Numbered from the stretch's first letter, positions 28,463 to 45,288 are shown. The stretch: 64,000 bases of DNA from an uncultured delta proteobacterium (GCA_963802065.1 CAWDHF010000004.1:31204-95203); one strand, 5' to 3'. The notes: generated from the sequence alone by a model not told the origin. Made by a program: numbers and translations.

Positions 28463-29535
28463 CGCTCGGCCGCCGGCTCCTGCTGCGTCAGGCAGTGGAG
28501 CGTGCCGAGCCCCCAGACCAGGTCGAGGGCGTGGACGCCCACGACAGGGCGATCCCGGAACAGCTCGCCCAGGATGCCCAGCGCCTCGCGGTCGGCCGGG
28601 TCGTTGAACGTCGGCACCAGCACGGCGGCGTTGGCCACGTAGAAATTGGCGTAGCTCGCCGGGAGGCGCTGGCCGTCGAAGACGACGGGAGCGGGCATGG
28701 GCAGGTCGACCACCTCCGGACGCGAGCCGTCGGCGAGCCGCGCCGAGGCGAGACGCTCGCGATTCTCGGAGAGCGCGGCGTGGTTCGGGTCGGACGGGTC
28801 GTCCTCCCGTGCCAGGACGATGGTGGACGGGGAGACGAATCGCGCCAGGTCGTCGACGTGGCCGTGGGTGTCGTCGCCGGCGATTCCCTTGCCCAGCCAG
28901 ATGGTCCGGGACGCGCCCAGCACGTCGCGGAAGATCGCCTCGTAGTCGGAGCGGCCGAAGCCGGGATTGCGCACCTGCACCGTGGGGTCGAGGAGGCACT
29001 CCTCGGTGGCCAGGATGGAGCCGGCCCCGTTCACGTCGATGGCGCCGCCCTCCAGGACGACGTCGCGCCCCCCCCGCCGCACGGGGAGCAGCGGCAGGCC
29101 GAGCCCCCTCGCGGCCCGCTCCGGCACCCGGGCGTCGCGTCGCCAGTCGGGGTACTTCGCCCAGGCGTCGAAGCCAAGCCCCGCCACGGCGCGCACCGCG
29201 CCCCGGGCACCGCGCCGGACGAAGACGGGACCGGAGTCGCGCATCCAGGCGCGGTCGGTCGGGATGCGCCGGAAGTCGACCCTCCCGGTGTCGGCGCCGT
29301 GGCGCCGGAGGTGGCGTCGGGCCTTCGCCTCCTGGGCGGCATCGTTCACCAGGAGGCGGACGGTCTCCCCAGCGGCGACCTTCTTCACGATGTCGGCGTA
29401 CGCCCAGGGGATTGGCCCGAACCGGCCCGGCCAGTCGCCGGCGGCGTGGGGCCAGGCGAGCCAGGTGGCCTCGTGGGGCTCCCACTCGGCGGGCATCCTG
29501 AGGGCAGGCGTGCGAGGACTCTGGGGCCGGGCCAC
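28459..29535 (-). CDS. aguA: agmatine deiminase
   Basis: MPAEWEPHEATWLAWP...DRAWMRDSGP...GGAIDVNG...THGHVDDLARF...GTLHCLTQQ, collinear with the agmatine deiminase/PAD family. Confidence 0.9.
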   Translation of the reverse strand: MARPQSPRTPALRMPAEWEPHEATWLAWPHAAGDWPGRFGPIPWAYADIVKKVAAGETVRLLVNDAAQEAKARRHLRRHGADTGRVDFRRIPTDRAWMRDSGPVFVRRGARGAVRAVAGLGFDAWAKYPDWRRDARVPERAARGLGLPLLPVRRGGRDVVLEGGAIDVNGAGSILATEECLLDPTVQVRNPGFGRSDYEAIFRDVLGASRTIWLGKGIAGDDTHGHVDDLARFVSPSTIVLAREDDPSDPNHAALSENRERLASARLADGSRPEVVDLPMPAPVVFDGQRLPASYANFYVANAAVLVPTFNDPADREALGILGELFRDRPVVGVHALDLVWGLGTLHCLTQQEPAAER

Positions 29536-29542
29536 GGGGTCC

Positions 29543-30430
29543 TCAGTCGATGAAGCGCTTCTCGATGCCGGAGTAGGCGTCGACGCGCCGATCGCGCAGG
29601 AAGGGCCAGTGGCGCCGGACCTCCTCGATGCGGGAGACGTCGACCTCGCCGAGGAGGGTCTCCTCCCGGTCCATGGAGGCCTCCGCGATCACCTGGCCGA
29701 ACGGGTCGCAGAGGAAACTCGATCCCCAGAACTCGAGCCCGGCCTGGCCGGCCTCCCCGGCCTCGAAGCCGGTGCGGTTCACGGCTGCGACGTAGACCCC
29801 GTTGGCGATGGCGTGGGAGCGCTGGATGGTGCGCCAGGCGTCGCGCTGCGCCGCGCCGAAGCGCTCCTTCTCGGCGGGGTGCCAGCCGATCGCGGTCGGG
29901 TAGAAGAGGATGGCCGCGCCCTGGAGGGCGGTGAGGCGTGCGCCCTCCGGGTACCACTGGTCCCAGCAGATGAGGGTGCCGACGCGGCCCGCGGAGAGGT
30001 CGAAGGACCGGAATCCGAGATCACCCGGCGTGAAGTAGAACTTCTCGTAGAAGGCCGGATCGTCCGGGATGTGCATCTTTCGATAGGTGCCGCGCAGCGA
30101 TCCGTCCGCGTCCACCAGGAGCGCGCTGTTGTGGTAGAGGCCGGGCGCCCGCCGCTCGAAGATGGGGACGACGATCGCGACGCCGGCCCGGCGCGCGACC
30201 TCCTGGAATCGCCGGCTACTCGGTCCGGGGACGTCCTCGGCCAGGTCGAAGAAGGCGTGGTCCTCGCGCTGGCAGAAGTACGGGGAGCGGTAGAGCTCCG
30301 GAAGGCACACCACCTCGGCGCCCCGGCGAGCCGCCTCCTCCACCCTGGCCGCGGCCCGCTCCTCGTTTTCGCGCGGGTCGGCGGACATCGCCATCTGGAC
30401 GAGGCCGACCTGGAACTTGCCCTTCGACAT
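29543..30430 (-). CDS. aguB: N-carbamoylputrescine amidase (nitrilase superfamily)
   Basis: CLPELY (Glu), YRKMHIP (Lys) and LICWDQWYPE (Cys) catalytic triad contexts. Adjacent to aguA. Confidence 0.88.
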   Translation of the reverse strand: MSKGKFQVGLVQMAMSADPRENEERAAARVEEAARRGAEVVCLPELYRSPYFCQREDHAFFDLAEDVPGPSSRRFQEVARRAGVAIVVPIFERRAPGLYHNSALLVDADGSLRGTYRKMHIPDDPAFYEKFYFTPGDLGFRSFDLSAGRVGTLICWDQWYPEGARLTALQGAAILFYPTAIGWHPAEKERFGAAQRDAWRTIQRSHAIANGVYVAAVNRTGFEAGEAGQAGLEFWGSSFLCDPFGQVIAEASMDREETLLGEVDVSRIEEVRRHWPFLRDRRVDAYSGIEKRFID

Positions 30431-30506
30431 GGGGCGAGAGGATACGCGGAGCGGGGCCGGGACGCACCCCCGAAGGGTGGGGCCATGGAGAGCGGCCCGG
30501 TCGGGA

Positions 30507-30995
30507 TCAGGAACGGCCGAGCGGCGCCTCGTCGTCCTCGTCGGCGCCGCCGTGAAGCGATCGCACGACAGCCCGGGGAAGGATGGCTTCCAGGCTCCCC
30601 ACGGCCAGCACCACCTCCCGCAGGAAGAAGGTCAGCGCCAGGGTGAGCGCGCCCATGGCGGCCACGAAGAGCCCCGCCACGAGGAGCGAGAAGTTCATCC
30701 GGGCCAGGAAGCCGATGAAGGCGACCCCGATCACCAGCGCCACCAGGAGAGCGGCTCCGGTGCCCATGGTGATGGCCCAGCGCACCAGCTCTCCCCGACG
30801 TTTCAGCACCGGCAGCTCGGGAGATTTGCCGTCGACCGGGCAAAGCGGGTCCTCCAGCGCGCGGGTCCGGTCGACGATCCGGGCCAGCCGGTTGGCGAAC
30901 ACGTTGAGGAGCGCCCCGACGGCGGAGAGAAGGAAGGCCGGAGCGAGCGCCATCTGGATGACGCGGGCGATGTCGTGGACGTGGGACTCTTCCAT
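30507..30995 (-). CDS. DUF2721-like membrane protein
   Basis: 162 aa with three hydrophobic helices. IQMALAPAFLLSAVGALLNVFANRLARIVDRTRAL pattern. Confidence 0.55.
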   Translation of the reverse strand: MEESHVHDIARVIQMALAPAFLLSAVGALLNVFANRLARIVDRTRALEDPLCPVDGKSPELPVLKRRGELVRWAITMGTGAALLVALVIGVAFIGFLARMNFSLLVAGLFVAAMGALTLALTFFLREVVLAVGSLEAILPRAVVRSLHGGADEDDEAPLGRS

Positions 30996-31005
30996 GGGGC
31001 TCGCT

Positions 31006-31926
31006 TCAGCGCTCGAACACGAGGGGAAGGGTGACGCGGGAGGGCGTCGGGCGGCGGGGGAACCTCCAGGCGCCTACGTGCGTCCGGGCGGCGGCCACGA
31101 GGCGCCTCCGCTCCCGCTCCGCTCCGGAGGGGGAACGCGTGGTGTCGGAGAGCACGCGGGCGTCGCGCACCTCTCCCGCGGGGGTCACGCGGAATCCGAG
31201 CGAGAGCAGGCCGGCCACGGCGAGACCGCTGGCCAGCGGGCGGATGGCGTCGGAGAGGGAGTCGATGCGCGGCGCGAGCTCGCCGGCGTCGAGCGCGCCC
31301 TCCACGAAGGGGCGGGGGGAGACGAACCATCCGTGCACGACGGCGCGCCCGTCGCGCGGGTCGAGCGTGCCGCGCACGGTGCGGACGGAATGGGGCAGGC
31401 GGGGATCGAAGACGACCAGCCGGTCGAAGCGGGGCTCGACGACGCGGAGGAGCTCCGGCCTCTCGGCCTTGCGGGTGGATCGGAACGCCCCCCACCAGTC
31501 GAGCACCTCGTCGCGCAGGATCTCGGTCTCGCCGCCCTGGAAGCGCCGCCCCTTCCAGCGGGTGAGCGAGTAGACGAACGCCCAGGGCCCGTGGGGCAGG
31601 TCCCCGTGAAGCTCCTGCCCGCACCCATCCACGTAGACCGAGAGCCAGGGCGGGGAGACGTCGTGGCAGCCGAGCGTGCGCCGGCCCCACCACACCAGCC
31701 GGGAGTGAAAGCGTTCGTAGACGTCCTCCGGAAAATACTTCCAGGCGGGGGTCCGGAGCGCCGTGTACTGGCCGGGCTGATGCCAGAAGTCCCACACGAA
31801 GCGATCCGGCGAGGCGACGCGCGGTTCGGCGAAGCGGGCGTCCAGGTGGGCTCGCAGGGCGCGCCCTTCGGGGGCGAAGCGGTCGACGATGGCGAGGGAG
31901 CGGACCAGTCCCGGCGAGCCTAGCAC
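31006..31926 (-). CDS. 2OG-Fe(II) oxygenase superfamily protein with extra C-terminal ~90-aa domain
   Basis: HGD...(VVF)DPRLPHSV facial-triad context. Start placed at GTG 31926, where GC3 rises. The in-frame ATG 31971 shares the CATG with the ilvD start and is preceded by low-GC3 codons. Confidence 0.6.
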   Translation of the reverse strand: MLGSPGLVRSLAIVDRFAPEGRALRAHLDARFAEPRVASPDRFVWDFWHQPGQYTALRTPAWKYFPEDVYERFHSRLVWWGRRTLGCHDVSPPWLSVYVDGCGQELHGDLPHGPWAFVYSLTRWKGRRFQGGETEILRDEVLDWWGAFRSTRKAERPELLRVVEPRFDRLVVFDPRLPHSVRTVRGTLDPRDGRAVVHGWFVSPRPFVEGALDAGELAPRIDSLSDAIRPLASGLAVAGLLSLGFRVTPAGEVRDARVLSDTTRSPSGAERERRRLVAAARTHVGAWRFPRRPTPSRVTLPLVFER

Positions 31927-31969
31927 GGCGGTTGACTTCCACCCCTTCTCGGCTATTCCCTCTACGACC

Positions 31970-33649
31970 ATGCGAAGCGACGTCATCAAGAAGGGGTACG
32001 AGCGCGCCCCCCACCGCAGCCTGCTGCGCGCCACCGGACTCGTCGACGCCGACTTCGACAAGCCGTTCATCGGGGTCTGCAACAGCCAGGTCGACATCAT
32101 CCCCGGCCACGTCCACCTCGCCGGATACGGCCAGATCGTCAAGGACGAGATCCGCAAGGCGGGCGGGGTGCCCTTCGAGTTCCACACCATCGGTGTGGAC
32201 GACGGCATCGCCATGGGGCACGCCGGCATGCTCTACAGCCTGCCGTCCCGCGAGCTCATCGCCGACTCCGTCGAGACGATGATGAACGCCCACGCGCTCG
32301 ACGCCATGGTCTGCATCCCCAACTGCGACAAGATCGTCCCGGGGATGCTCATGGGAGCGCTTCGCGTGAACGTGCCCACCGTCTTCGTCTCGGGCGGGCC
32401 CATGAAGGCGGGAAAGCTCGCCGACGGCACCGAGATCGACCTGGCCACCGCCTTCGAGGCCGTGGGCAAGCGGGCCCAGGGCCAGATCACCGACGAGGAG
32501 CTCTACGCCATCGAGTGCGCCGCGTGCCCGGGGGCCGGCTCCTGCTCCGGGATGTTCACCGCCAACTCCATGAACGTCCTCTGCGAGGCCATGGGCATCG
32601 CGCTCCCCGGCAACGGGACGGCCGTGGCGCTTTCCCCGGAGCGGGAGGCGCTCCTGCGCCGGGCCGCCCGGCGCGCCGTGGAGGTCGCGGGCGACGAGCG
32701 GTTCCGCATGCGCAGGATCGTCAACGAGGACGCCCTCTGGAACGCCCTCGTGGTGGACATGGCCATGGGCGGGAGCTCGAACACCGTTCTCCACATGCTG
32801 GCCATCGCAGCCGAGGCGGGGGTTCCCATGGACCTCGCCACCATCGACCGGGTCGGCCGGCAGGTGGCCCATGTGGCCAAGATCGCGCCCTCCCTCTCCA
32901 CCGTCCACATCGAGGACGTGGGCCGGGCCGGTGGCGTCTCGGCGGTGCTCCACGAGGTGGCACGCCGGGGCGACGTGGTGCGTACCCGGGCGCTCACCAT
33001 CACCGGCGACACCATCGGCGATCGCATCCGCGAGGCCGAGGCCACCGACCGGCGGGTCATCCGCTCCATCGACGACCCGTACTCCAAGGTGGGCGGCATC
33101 GCCGTCCTGCGGGGCAACCTGGCTTCCGAGGGTGCGGTGGTCAAGACCGCCGGCATCGATCCCTCCCTGCGCCGCATGTCCGGGAAGGCCATCTGCTTCG
33201 ACTCCCAGGACGACGCCATAGCCGGGATCATGGCCGGCAAGGTGCAGGCCGGGCACATGGTGATCATCCGCTACGAGGGGCCCAGGGGCGGCCCGGGCAT
33301 GCAGGAGATGCTCTCGCCCACCAGCCTCATCATGGGAATGGGGCTCGGCGACAAGGTGGGGCTCGTCACCGACGGGAGGTTCTCCGGAGCCACCCGCGGC
33401 GTGTGCGTCGGGCACGTCTCGCCCGAGGCGGCCGAGGGAGGCGTCATCGCCCTCGTCTGCGACGGCGACGAGGTGATCGTGGACATCGACCACCGGAGGC
33501 TCGAACTCGCCGTGACGCCGGAGGAGCTCGATCGGCGCCGGGCGACGCTCCGTCCACGCAGGAGGGTGGTGGAGTCGAAGTGGCTCCGCCGCTACGCCGC
33601 GATGGTGGAGAACGCCTCGAAGGGAGCCGTGCTCCGGTCGGAGTTCTGA
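31970..33649 (+). CDS. ilvD: dihydroxy-acid dehydratase
   Basis: [23 protein letters not shown]...[10 protein letters not shown]...[12 protein letters not shown]...TDGRFSG, collinear with IlvD. 559 aa. Confidence 0.93.
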   Translation: MRSDVIKKGYERAPHRSLLRATGLVDADFDKPFIGVCNSQVDIIPGHVHLAGYGQIVKDEIRKAGGVPFEFHTIGVDDGIAMGHAGMLYSLPSRELIADSVETMMNAHALDAMVCIPNCDKIVPGMLMGALRVNVPTVFVSGGPMKAGKLADGTEIDLATAFEAVGKRAQGQITDEELYAIECAACPGAGSCSGMFTANSMNVLCEAMGIALPGNGTAVALSPEREALLRRAARRAVEVAGDERFRMRRIVNEDALWNALVVDMAMGGSSNTVLHMLAIAAEAGVPMDLATIDRVGRQVAHVAKIAPSLSTVHIEDVGRAGGVSAVLHEVARRGDVVRTRALTITGDTIGDRIREAEATDRRVIRSIDDPYSKVGGIAVLRGNLASEGAVVKTAGIDPSLRRMSGKAICFDSQDDAIAGIMAGKVQAGHMVIIRYEGPRGGPGMQEMLSPTSLIMGMGLGDKVGLVTDGRFSGATRGVCVGHVSPEAAEGGVIALVCDGDEVIVDIDHRRLELAVTPEELDRRRATLRPRRRVVESKWLRRYAAMVENASKGAVLRSEF

Positions 33650-33662
33650 CGGCGGCGGCGTC

Positions 33663-34244
33663 GTGCGCTTCCTTCCGTCCCGGACCGTGACCCTGCGGTG
33701 CGACGAGCCGCCGGATCGGGTGGCGCACCGGATCGCGTCCGCGACCCGACGGAGGGGATGGACGCTTCGCGTTCGACGGCACGATCTTCGGCGAGGCCGA
33801 CGGGATCCGCTTCCGGGTGCTGCTGGATCCGCCTGGCGCCTACGGCCCCAAGGGGGCGCGGTTCTTTCACCCGATCGCGACGGGGCGGGTCGAGGCGGTG
33901 GGCGATGGCAGCGTCGTGAAGGTGCACCTCCGTCCGGTGTGGAGCGACCTCCTGGCCGCCGCGCTGACCATCGGGATCGTCTCGACCGCGGCGGGGCTCG
34001 TCGCCGCGGGATTCCGGGGGTCGGCCGCCGTCGAGGGACGCGGGCCGTCCGGGTGGGTGCGCCTGGGAGTGCCGTCTGGTTCGCGGGCGGGGTGGCCTGG
34101 TACGTCGCGCTCCTTGCGCGGCGGTTTCGCGCAGGAGTCCAGGAGGCGACGACGCGGATCGAGCGGGCCCTCGGATGTGTGACGCAGGGTGAAGCGCGGG
34201 GGCCGGAGTCCGTGCCGCGGACCGTGCGGGCAGATGGGGCGTAA
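33663..34244 (+). pseudogene. small two-TM membrane protein gene carrying two compensating frameshifts
   Basis: N-terminus (33663 to about 33746) and C-terminus (about 34075 to 34244) have high GC3 in frame 0. The middle section (DGRFAFDGTIFGEADGIRFRVLLDPPGAYG...WSDLLAAALTIGIVSTAAGLVAAGF) is sensible and high-GC3 only in frame +1. Frame 0 stays open but reads Arg/Gly-rich nonsense there. Confidence 0.5.
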
Positions 34245-34448
34245 GGAAACGCTGCATTGACAGGGTCTGGGTGAGGATCGCCTTGGCGTGACGAACGGCG
34301 CCGGGGTTGCGGTTCTCGCTGCTTGTCCGCCCCGTCCGCGCGTCTCCGGCGTTTCCGGCGAGGGTCGAGAGTGTCCCGCCGGAGGATGCGAGGGCGGCCG
34401 TCCTCGTGCGTTCCAGGAGGCCGCGAAAACGCGTGAGAGAGTGGGTGC

Positions 34449-41298
<6,850 letters not shown>

Positions 41299-41377
41299 AC
41301 TCTACGATCTACCGGGGAAGTGCGCCCCCTCGCCGGTGAGGTCGACAGGGGGGAGGCCGCCATGGTTCATTGGCCCC

Positions 41378-42118
41378 GTGGGGGTACCCCGGCTCACCGA
41401 GCCCTTCGAGGCGCACAGCTATGCCGTGGACGCCTTCGGGCAACTCTCGGCGCCGGCCCTCTCCGGCTGGCTGCAGGAGGCCGCCGGTCGCCACGCCGAT
41501 CGGCTCGGGGTCGGGGTGGACGCCCTGCAGGCCCGGGGCCTCACGTGGGTGCTGGCGCGCCAGTCGGTCCTGGTGGAGAGGCCGGTGGCGTTCGGGGAGC
41601 GGGCCGAGGTGGTGACCTGGCCGAGCGGGGCGGACCGGCTGAGTGCGCTCCGGGATTTCGAGATCCGTGTGGCGGGCGAGGTGCGGGCGCGGGCGGTGAC
41701 CCAGTGGATCGTCCTCGACCTGGCCAGCCGGAAGCCGGTGCGCCCCGGGTCGGTGCTCCCCCTGGAACTCGTCGAGCAGATGGAGCACGTCCTGCCGCTC
41801 CCGTCGGGCCGGCCTCCAGCTCCCGGGCCGCCCGAGGCCGAGCGACCCTTCTCCACGAGGTACCGGGACATCGACCGGAACCTGCACGTCACCAACTCCA
41901 GCTACGTCGAGTGGGCCTGCGAGGCGATCCCGGAGGAGGTCTGGAGTTCCCGGCGGCTCCGCTCCTTCGAGGCCTTCTTCATCGCGGAGTGCCGGCACGG
42001 GAGCCGCATCCTCTCGCGGTCGTCCGCCACCGGGAACGGGCACTTCGTCCACTCGGTCGTGCGGGAGGAGGACGGGAAGGAGCTCGCGCGGCTCCGGACG
42101 GCCTGGGTCGAACGGTAG
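41378..42118 (+). CDS. acyl-ACP thioesterase family protein
   Basis: Double hotdog pattern: YAVDAFGQLSAPALSGWLQEAAGRHA...LTWVLAR...RDF.I... and YRDIDRNLHVTNSSYVEW. Start placed at GTG 41378. The listed ATG 41288 would overlap the divergent giant gene. Confidence 0.75.
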   Translation: MGVPRLTEPFEAHSYAVDAFGQLSAPALSGWLQEAAGRHADRLGVGVDALQARGLTWVLARQSVLVERPVAFGERAEVVTWPSGADRLSALRDFEIRVAGEVRARAVTQWIVLDLASRKPVRPGSVLPLELVEQMEHVLPLPSGRPPAPGPPEAERPFSTRYRDIDRNLHVTNSSYVEWACEAIPEEVWSSRRLRSFEAFFIAECRHGSRILSRSSATGNGHFVHSVVREEDGKELARLRTAWVER

Positions 42119-42127
42119 GGGTCCTGG

Positions 42128-42628
42128 TCACCCCGTCGGGCGGCAGAGTTCGCGGATGATCCCGGCGAGGTCGGGACGGAGGAGCAACAGGTCGGCCTCC
42201 CGGGCCATCTCGAAGTCGGCGAAGTCGAATCCGGGGGCGACCGAGCAACTCGCCAGCACGTGGAGTCCGCCCACCGGCCGCGCCGCCTGCCAGGATCCCG
42301 CCGGCACCACCACGTGCGGGACGGTGGCTCCCGTCCCTGCCCGCCCCACCCGGTGCACCTCGTGGGCGCCGGAGACATCGAGGACGTGGAGTTCGAGCGG
42401 GCCGCCCCCGGCGTGGTGCCACACCTCGTCGGAGTGCACGCGGTGGAAGGCGGAGAAGCCGCCGGCCGGCAGGAGGTAGTGGATGACCGTGAGTGCGGGC
42501 CTCTCGCCGCGCGGGGTGATCACCCGGGACGGCGAGCGCCAGGTCTCGCGGTAGAACCCGCCCTCGGGGTGCGGGGCGAGCGCGAGTCGCGCCACGAGGG
42601 CCTGAGCCTCTGGGTGCATGTCGTTCAC
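42128..42628 (-). CDS. cupin-fold DUF985 family protein
   Basis: LAPHPEGGFYRETWRS...IHYLL...SAFHRVHSDEVWHH...VVPAGSWQAA...CSVAPGFDFADFE matches the DUF985/YML079w pattern. Confidence 0.75.
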   Translation of the reverse strand: MNDMHPEAQALVARLALAPHPEGGFYRETWRSPSRVITPRGERPALTVIHYLLPAGGFSAFHRVHSDEVWHHAGGGPLELHVLDVSGAHEVHRVGRAGTGATVPHVVVPAGSWQAARPVGGLHVLASCSVAPGFDFADFEMAREADLLLLRPDLAGIIRELCRPTG

Positions 42629-42733
42629 GGGCCTCCCGGCAGCCCCTCTTGCACCGGGGCGATTCCTCGCTCATTCTCCACGATTCGGGAGCAGCGGGAA
42701 CCCTGGAATCAGCCGGCGGGAGGAAGGCGGGAG

Positions 42734-44650
42734 ATGGTCACGAAGGCCAGGTCGAAGCCGAGGAAGAGCAAGCCCACGCCGAAGAAGACGCCCTCCCGGC
42801 GGCCGTCGAAGCCCGTTGCCGTCAGGCGCCCGTCCGCGGCGCCGAAGGGGGCCACCGCCAAGGCCAAGGCGCCCCCGGCCAGGGTCCGGACCAGTTCCCC
42901 CCCGGACGCCCCTCTACCGAAGCCCAGGTCCGCGTTTCCCCCGGTCGGTCCCCAGCGCCTGGCGCTCCCCCCGGCACTGGCACGGGAGGTGAAGGGCACG
43001 CTCGCCGAGTGGGTGGCGGGCGCCAAGATGGCCCGGCTCTGGAGGGGCGATTCCACCCTCTGGACCGGCCGCGACGAGGACCGGTGGGTCGGATGGCTCC
43101 GGCTCGTGGACCAGCAGCGCGCCCGCCGCGAGGAGTTCGGACGGGTCTCCGAGGACGTGCGCCTGGCCGGCTTCGGCCATGCCCTCGTCCTGGGAATGGG
43201 GGGCTCGAGCCTCTGCCCGGACGTCTTCGCCCGCACCTTCGGTCGCGTCCCCGGACATCCGATCCTCCGCGTGCTCGACTCGACCGTGCCCGCGCAGATT
43301 CGATCCATCGAGCGGGAGATCGACCTCCGAAGGACCCTCTTCGTCGTCGCGTCCAAGTCGGGGACCACGGTCGAGCCGGCTGCCCTCCTCGCCCACTTTC
43401 TCGACCGGACGCGCAGCATCATGGGAAGCGAGGCCCCGAGCCGCTTCGTGGCCATCACCGATCCCGGGACGGAGCTGGAGAAGCTCGCCCAGCGGGAGGG
43501 CTTCCGCAAGATCTTCCACGGGGTGCCGAGCGTCGGGGGCCGCTTCTCGGCGCTCTCCCACTTCGGCATGGTCCCGGCGGCGGCCATGGGCGTGAGCGTG
43601 CCTCGCCTGCTCGATCGGGCGCTGCTCATGGCCGACGCCTGTGCCGCCGATCGCCCGGGCGAGGAGAATCCGGGACTGGTGCTGGGCGTCGTGCTGGGCG
43701 CCGCCGCGCGGGACGGGCTGGACAAGCTCACCTTGGTGGCCTCGCCGGGGGTGGCCGGGCTGGGGGACTGGGTCGAGCAACTCGTGGCCGAGTCCCTGGG
43801 CAAGCAGGGCAGGGGGATCGTCCCGGTGGTCGGGGAACGGCCGGAGCCGCCCCGCGCCTACGGGGCGGATCGACTCTTCGTGTACGTCCGCCTGGCCTTC
43901 GCCCCGTCCGAGGAGCAGGACCGGGCGGTCTCCGCCCTGGAGCGCTCGGGGGCGCCGGTGGTCCGCATCGAGATCTCCGACCCAGCCGACCTGGGACAGG
44001 AGTTCTTCCGCTGGGAGATCGCGACGGCCGTCGCCGGTTCGGTCCTGGGGGTGAACCCCTTCGACCAGCCCGACGTCGAGGCGGCCAAGGTCGCGGCGCG
44101 CAAGGTGACCGCGATGGTCGAGGAGACCGGGGCGCTGCCGCCCGAGGCCCCCGTGCTGGCCGGCGACGGCTTGCGCCTCTTCGCCGATCCGGAGAACGCC
44201 CGCTTCCTGGCCGGCGCCGCGCGGGAAGCCTCACCGGCAGCCTGGATCCGCGCCCACCTCTCCCGGCTCGGGAAGGGGGACTATCTCGCCCTGAATGCCT
44301 TCCTGGAGCAGAGCCCGCCCGTCGCGGCGGCCCTCCAGGAGATCCGCGAGGCGCTGCCGACGCCGGGCCGTGTCGCCACCACGCTCGGCTTCGGCCCCCG
44401 CTTCCTCCATTCCACCGGGCAGCTCCACAAGGGCGGTCCGAACAGCGGGGTCTTCCTGGAGATCACGGCCGACGATGCCGAGCCCTTGCCCATTCCTGGC
44501 CGCCGTTACGGGTTCGGGGAACTCTGCCGGGCGCAGGCGCGGGGCGACCAGGAGGTCCTGGCCGGTCGGGGTCGTCGCATCCTCCGCGTGCACCTCGGCG
44601 TCGACGTTAAGGCGGGGCTGGCGGCCCTCAGGAGGGCAGTCCGGCCCTGA
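42734..44650 (+). CDS. pgi: glucose-6-phosphate isomerase (PGI domain of the transaldolase/PGI type) with ~75-aa Lys/Pro-rich N-terminal tail
   Basis: GMGGSSL, ASKSGTT.E, GGRFS and FDQPDVEAAK motifs. ATG 42734 is preceded by GGAAGGCGGGAG. The basic tail is in frame and has high GC3. Confidence 0.85.
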   Translation: MVTKARSKPRKSKPTPKKTPSRRPSKPVAVRRPSAAPKGATAKAKAPPARVRTSSPPDAPLPKPRSAFPPVGPQRLALPPALAREVKGTLAEWVAGAKMARLWRGDSTLWTGRDEDRWVGWLRLVDQQRARREEFGRVSEDVRLAGFGHALVLGMGGSSLCPDVFARTFGRVPGHPILRVLDSTVPAQIRSIEREIDLRRTLFVVASKSGTTVEPAALLAHFLDRTRSIMGSEAPSRFVAITDPGTELEKLAQREGFRKIFHGVPSVGGRFSALSHFGMVPAAAMGVSVPRLLDRALLMADACAADRPGEENPGLVLGVVLGAAARDGLDKLTLVASPGVAGLGDWVEQLVAESLGKQGRGIVPVVGERPEPPRAYGADRLFVYVRLAFAPSEEQDRAVSALERSGAPVVRIEISDPADLGQEFFRWEIATAVAGSVLGVNPFDQPDVEAAKVAARKVTAMVEETGALPPEAPVLAGDGLRLFADPENARFLAGAAREASPAAWIRAHLSRLGKGDYLALNAFLEQSPPVAAALQEIREALPTPGRVATTLGFGPRFLHSTGQLHKGGPNSGVFLEITADDAEPLPIPGRRYGFGELCRAQARGDQEVLAGRGRRILRVHLGVDVKAGLAALRRAVRP

Positions 44651-44682
44651 TCGCCTTCGGCCCGTCCTCGCGTCTGCCGCCG

Positions 44683-44792
44683 GGCGCGGGCGCCCCTCTC
44701 CGCGGCGCTGGTCCTCGCGACTGGCCGGATTTGCGATGGGTGAATGGTGCAGAGGTCGCTGCGGAGGCGCCGCGGAGAGGGGCGCCCGCGCC
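44683..44792. repeat. perfect 26-bp inverted repeat with 58-nt spacer
   Basis: GGCGCGGGCGCCCCTCTCCGCGGCGC at 44683-44708. Its exact reverse complement is at 44767-44792 (checked base by base). Located 33 nt after the pgi stop. Confidence 0.85.
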
Positions 44793-45288
44793 GGCTGGCG
44801 AATGCCGGGGCCGAAGGCGACCCGGTCGCACTTGCCTCGTTGTGAAATCCGGGTGACGGTCGTCGTCGCGGGACCCGCCAGTCCGCCAGGCGGACCGGGT
44901 GGCCCCGGCGCGGGGCGCTTCCGCAGGGGGCGCCGCATTGGTGCCACCCGGGCCTCGGTGTTTGGCGGCGCAGTCCGGCCGGATTTGCTCTCGCCCCGAG
45001 GACCCGGCGCCCCCAGCGACGCGGGCCATCCGGAACCGCCGGCATCCCGGAAGGAGTCCCGCGACGGCGACCGCGACCGTCTACCCGTGTGCGGCTCGCC
45101 CCTCCGACAGGCGCACGGGTGGGCCTCGTCGGGCGCCGCCTCCGCAGCGACCTCATCGTGGTCCCCGGTCGTCGCGGCCCCGGGGCGGATGCGTCACCCT
45201 GTCGCCGCGACCCCGCCGACCCCGGAGAGCGAGGACCAGCGGCGCGGAGACGAGGCCCACCCGGGCGCCGGCCTTCGGTGGGGCGCCC

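Noticed and set aside
26552-29485. 977-aa minus-strand ORF spanning the hybrid kinase and aguA
   Set aside because: Out of frame or antisense relative to two confidently identified genes. Arg/Pro/Gly-rich.
44720-44990. TGGCCGGATTTGC read as sigma-54 promoters (two copies)
   Set aside because: The GG-to-GC spacing is N8, not the N10 required for -24/-12 promoters. There is also no downstream gene in the right orientation.
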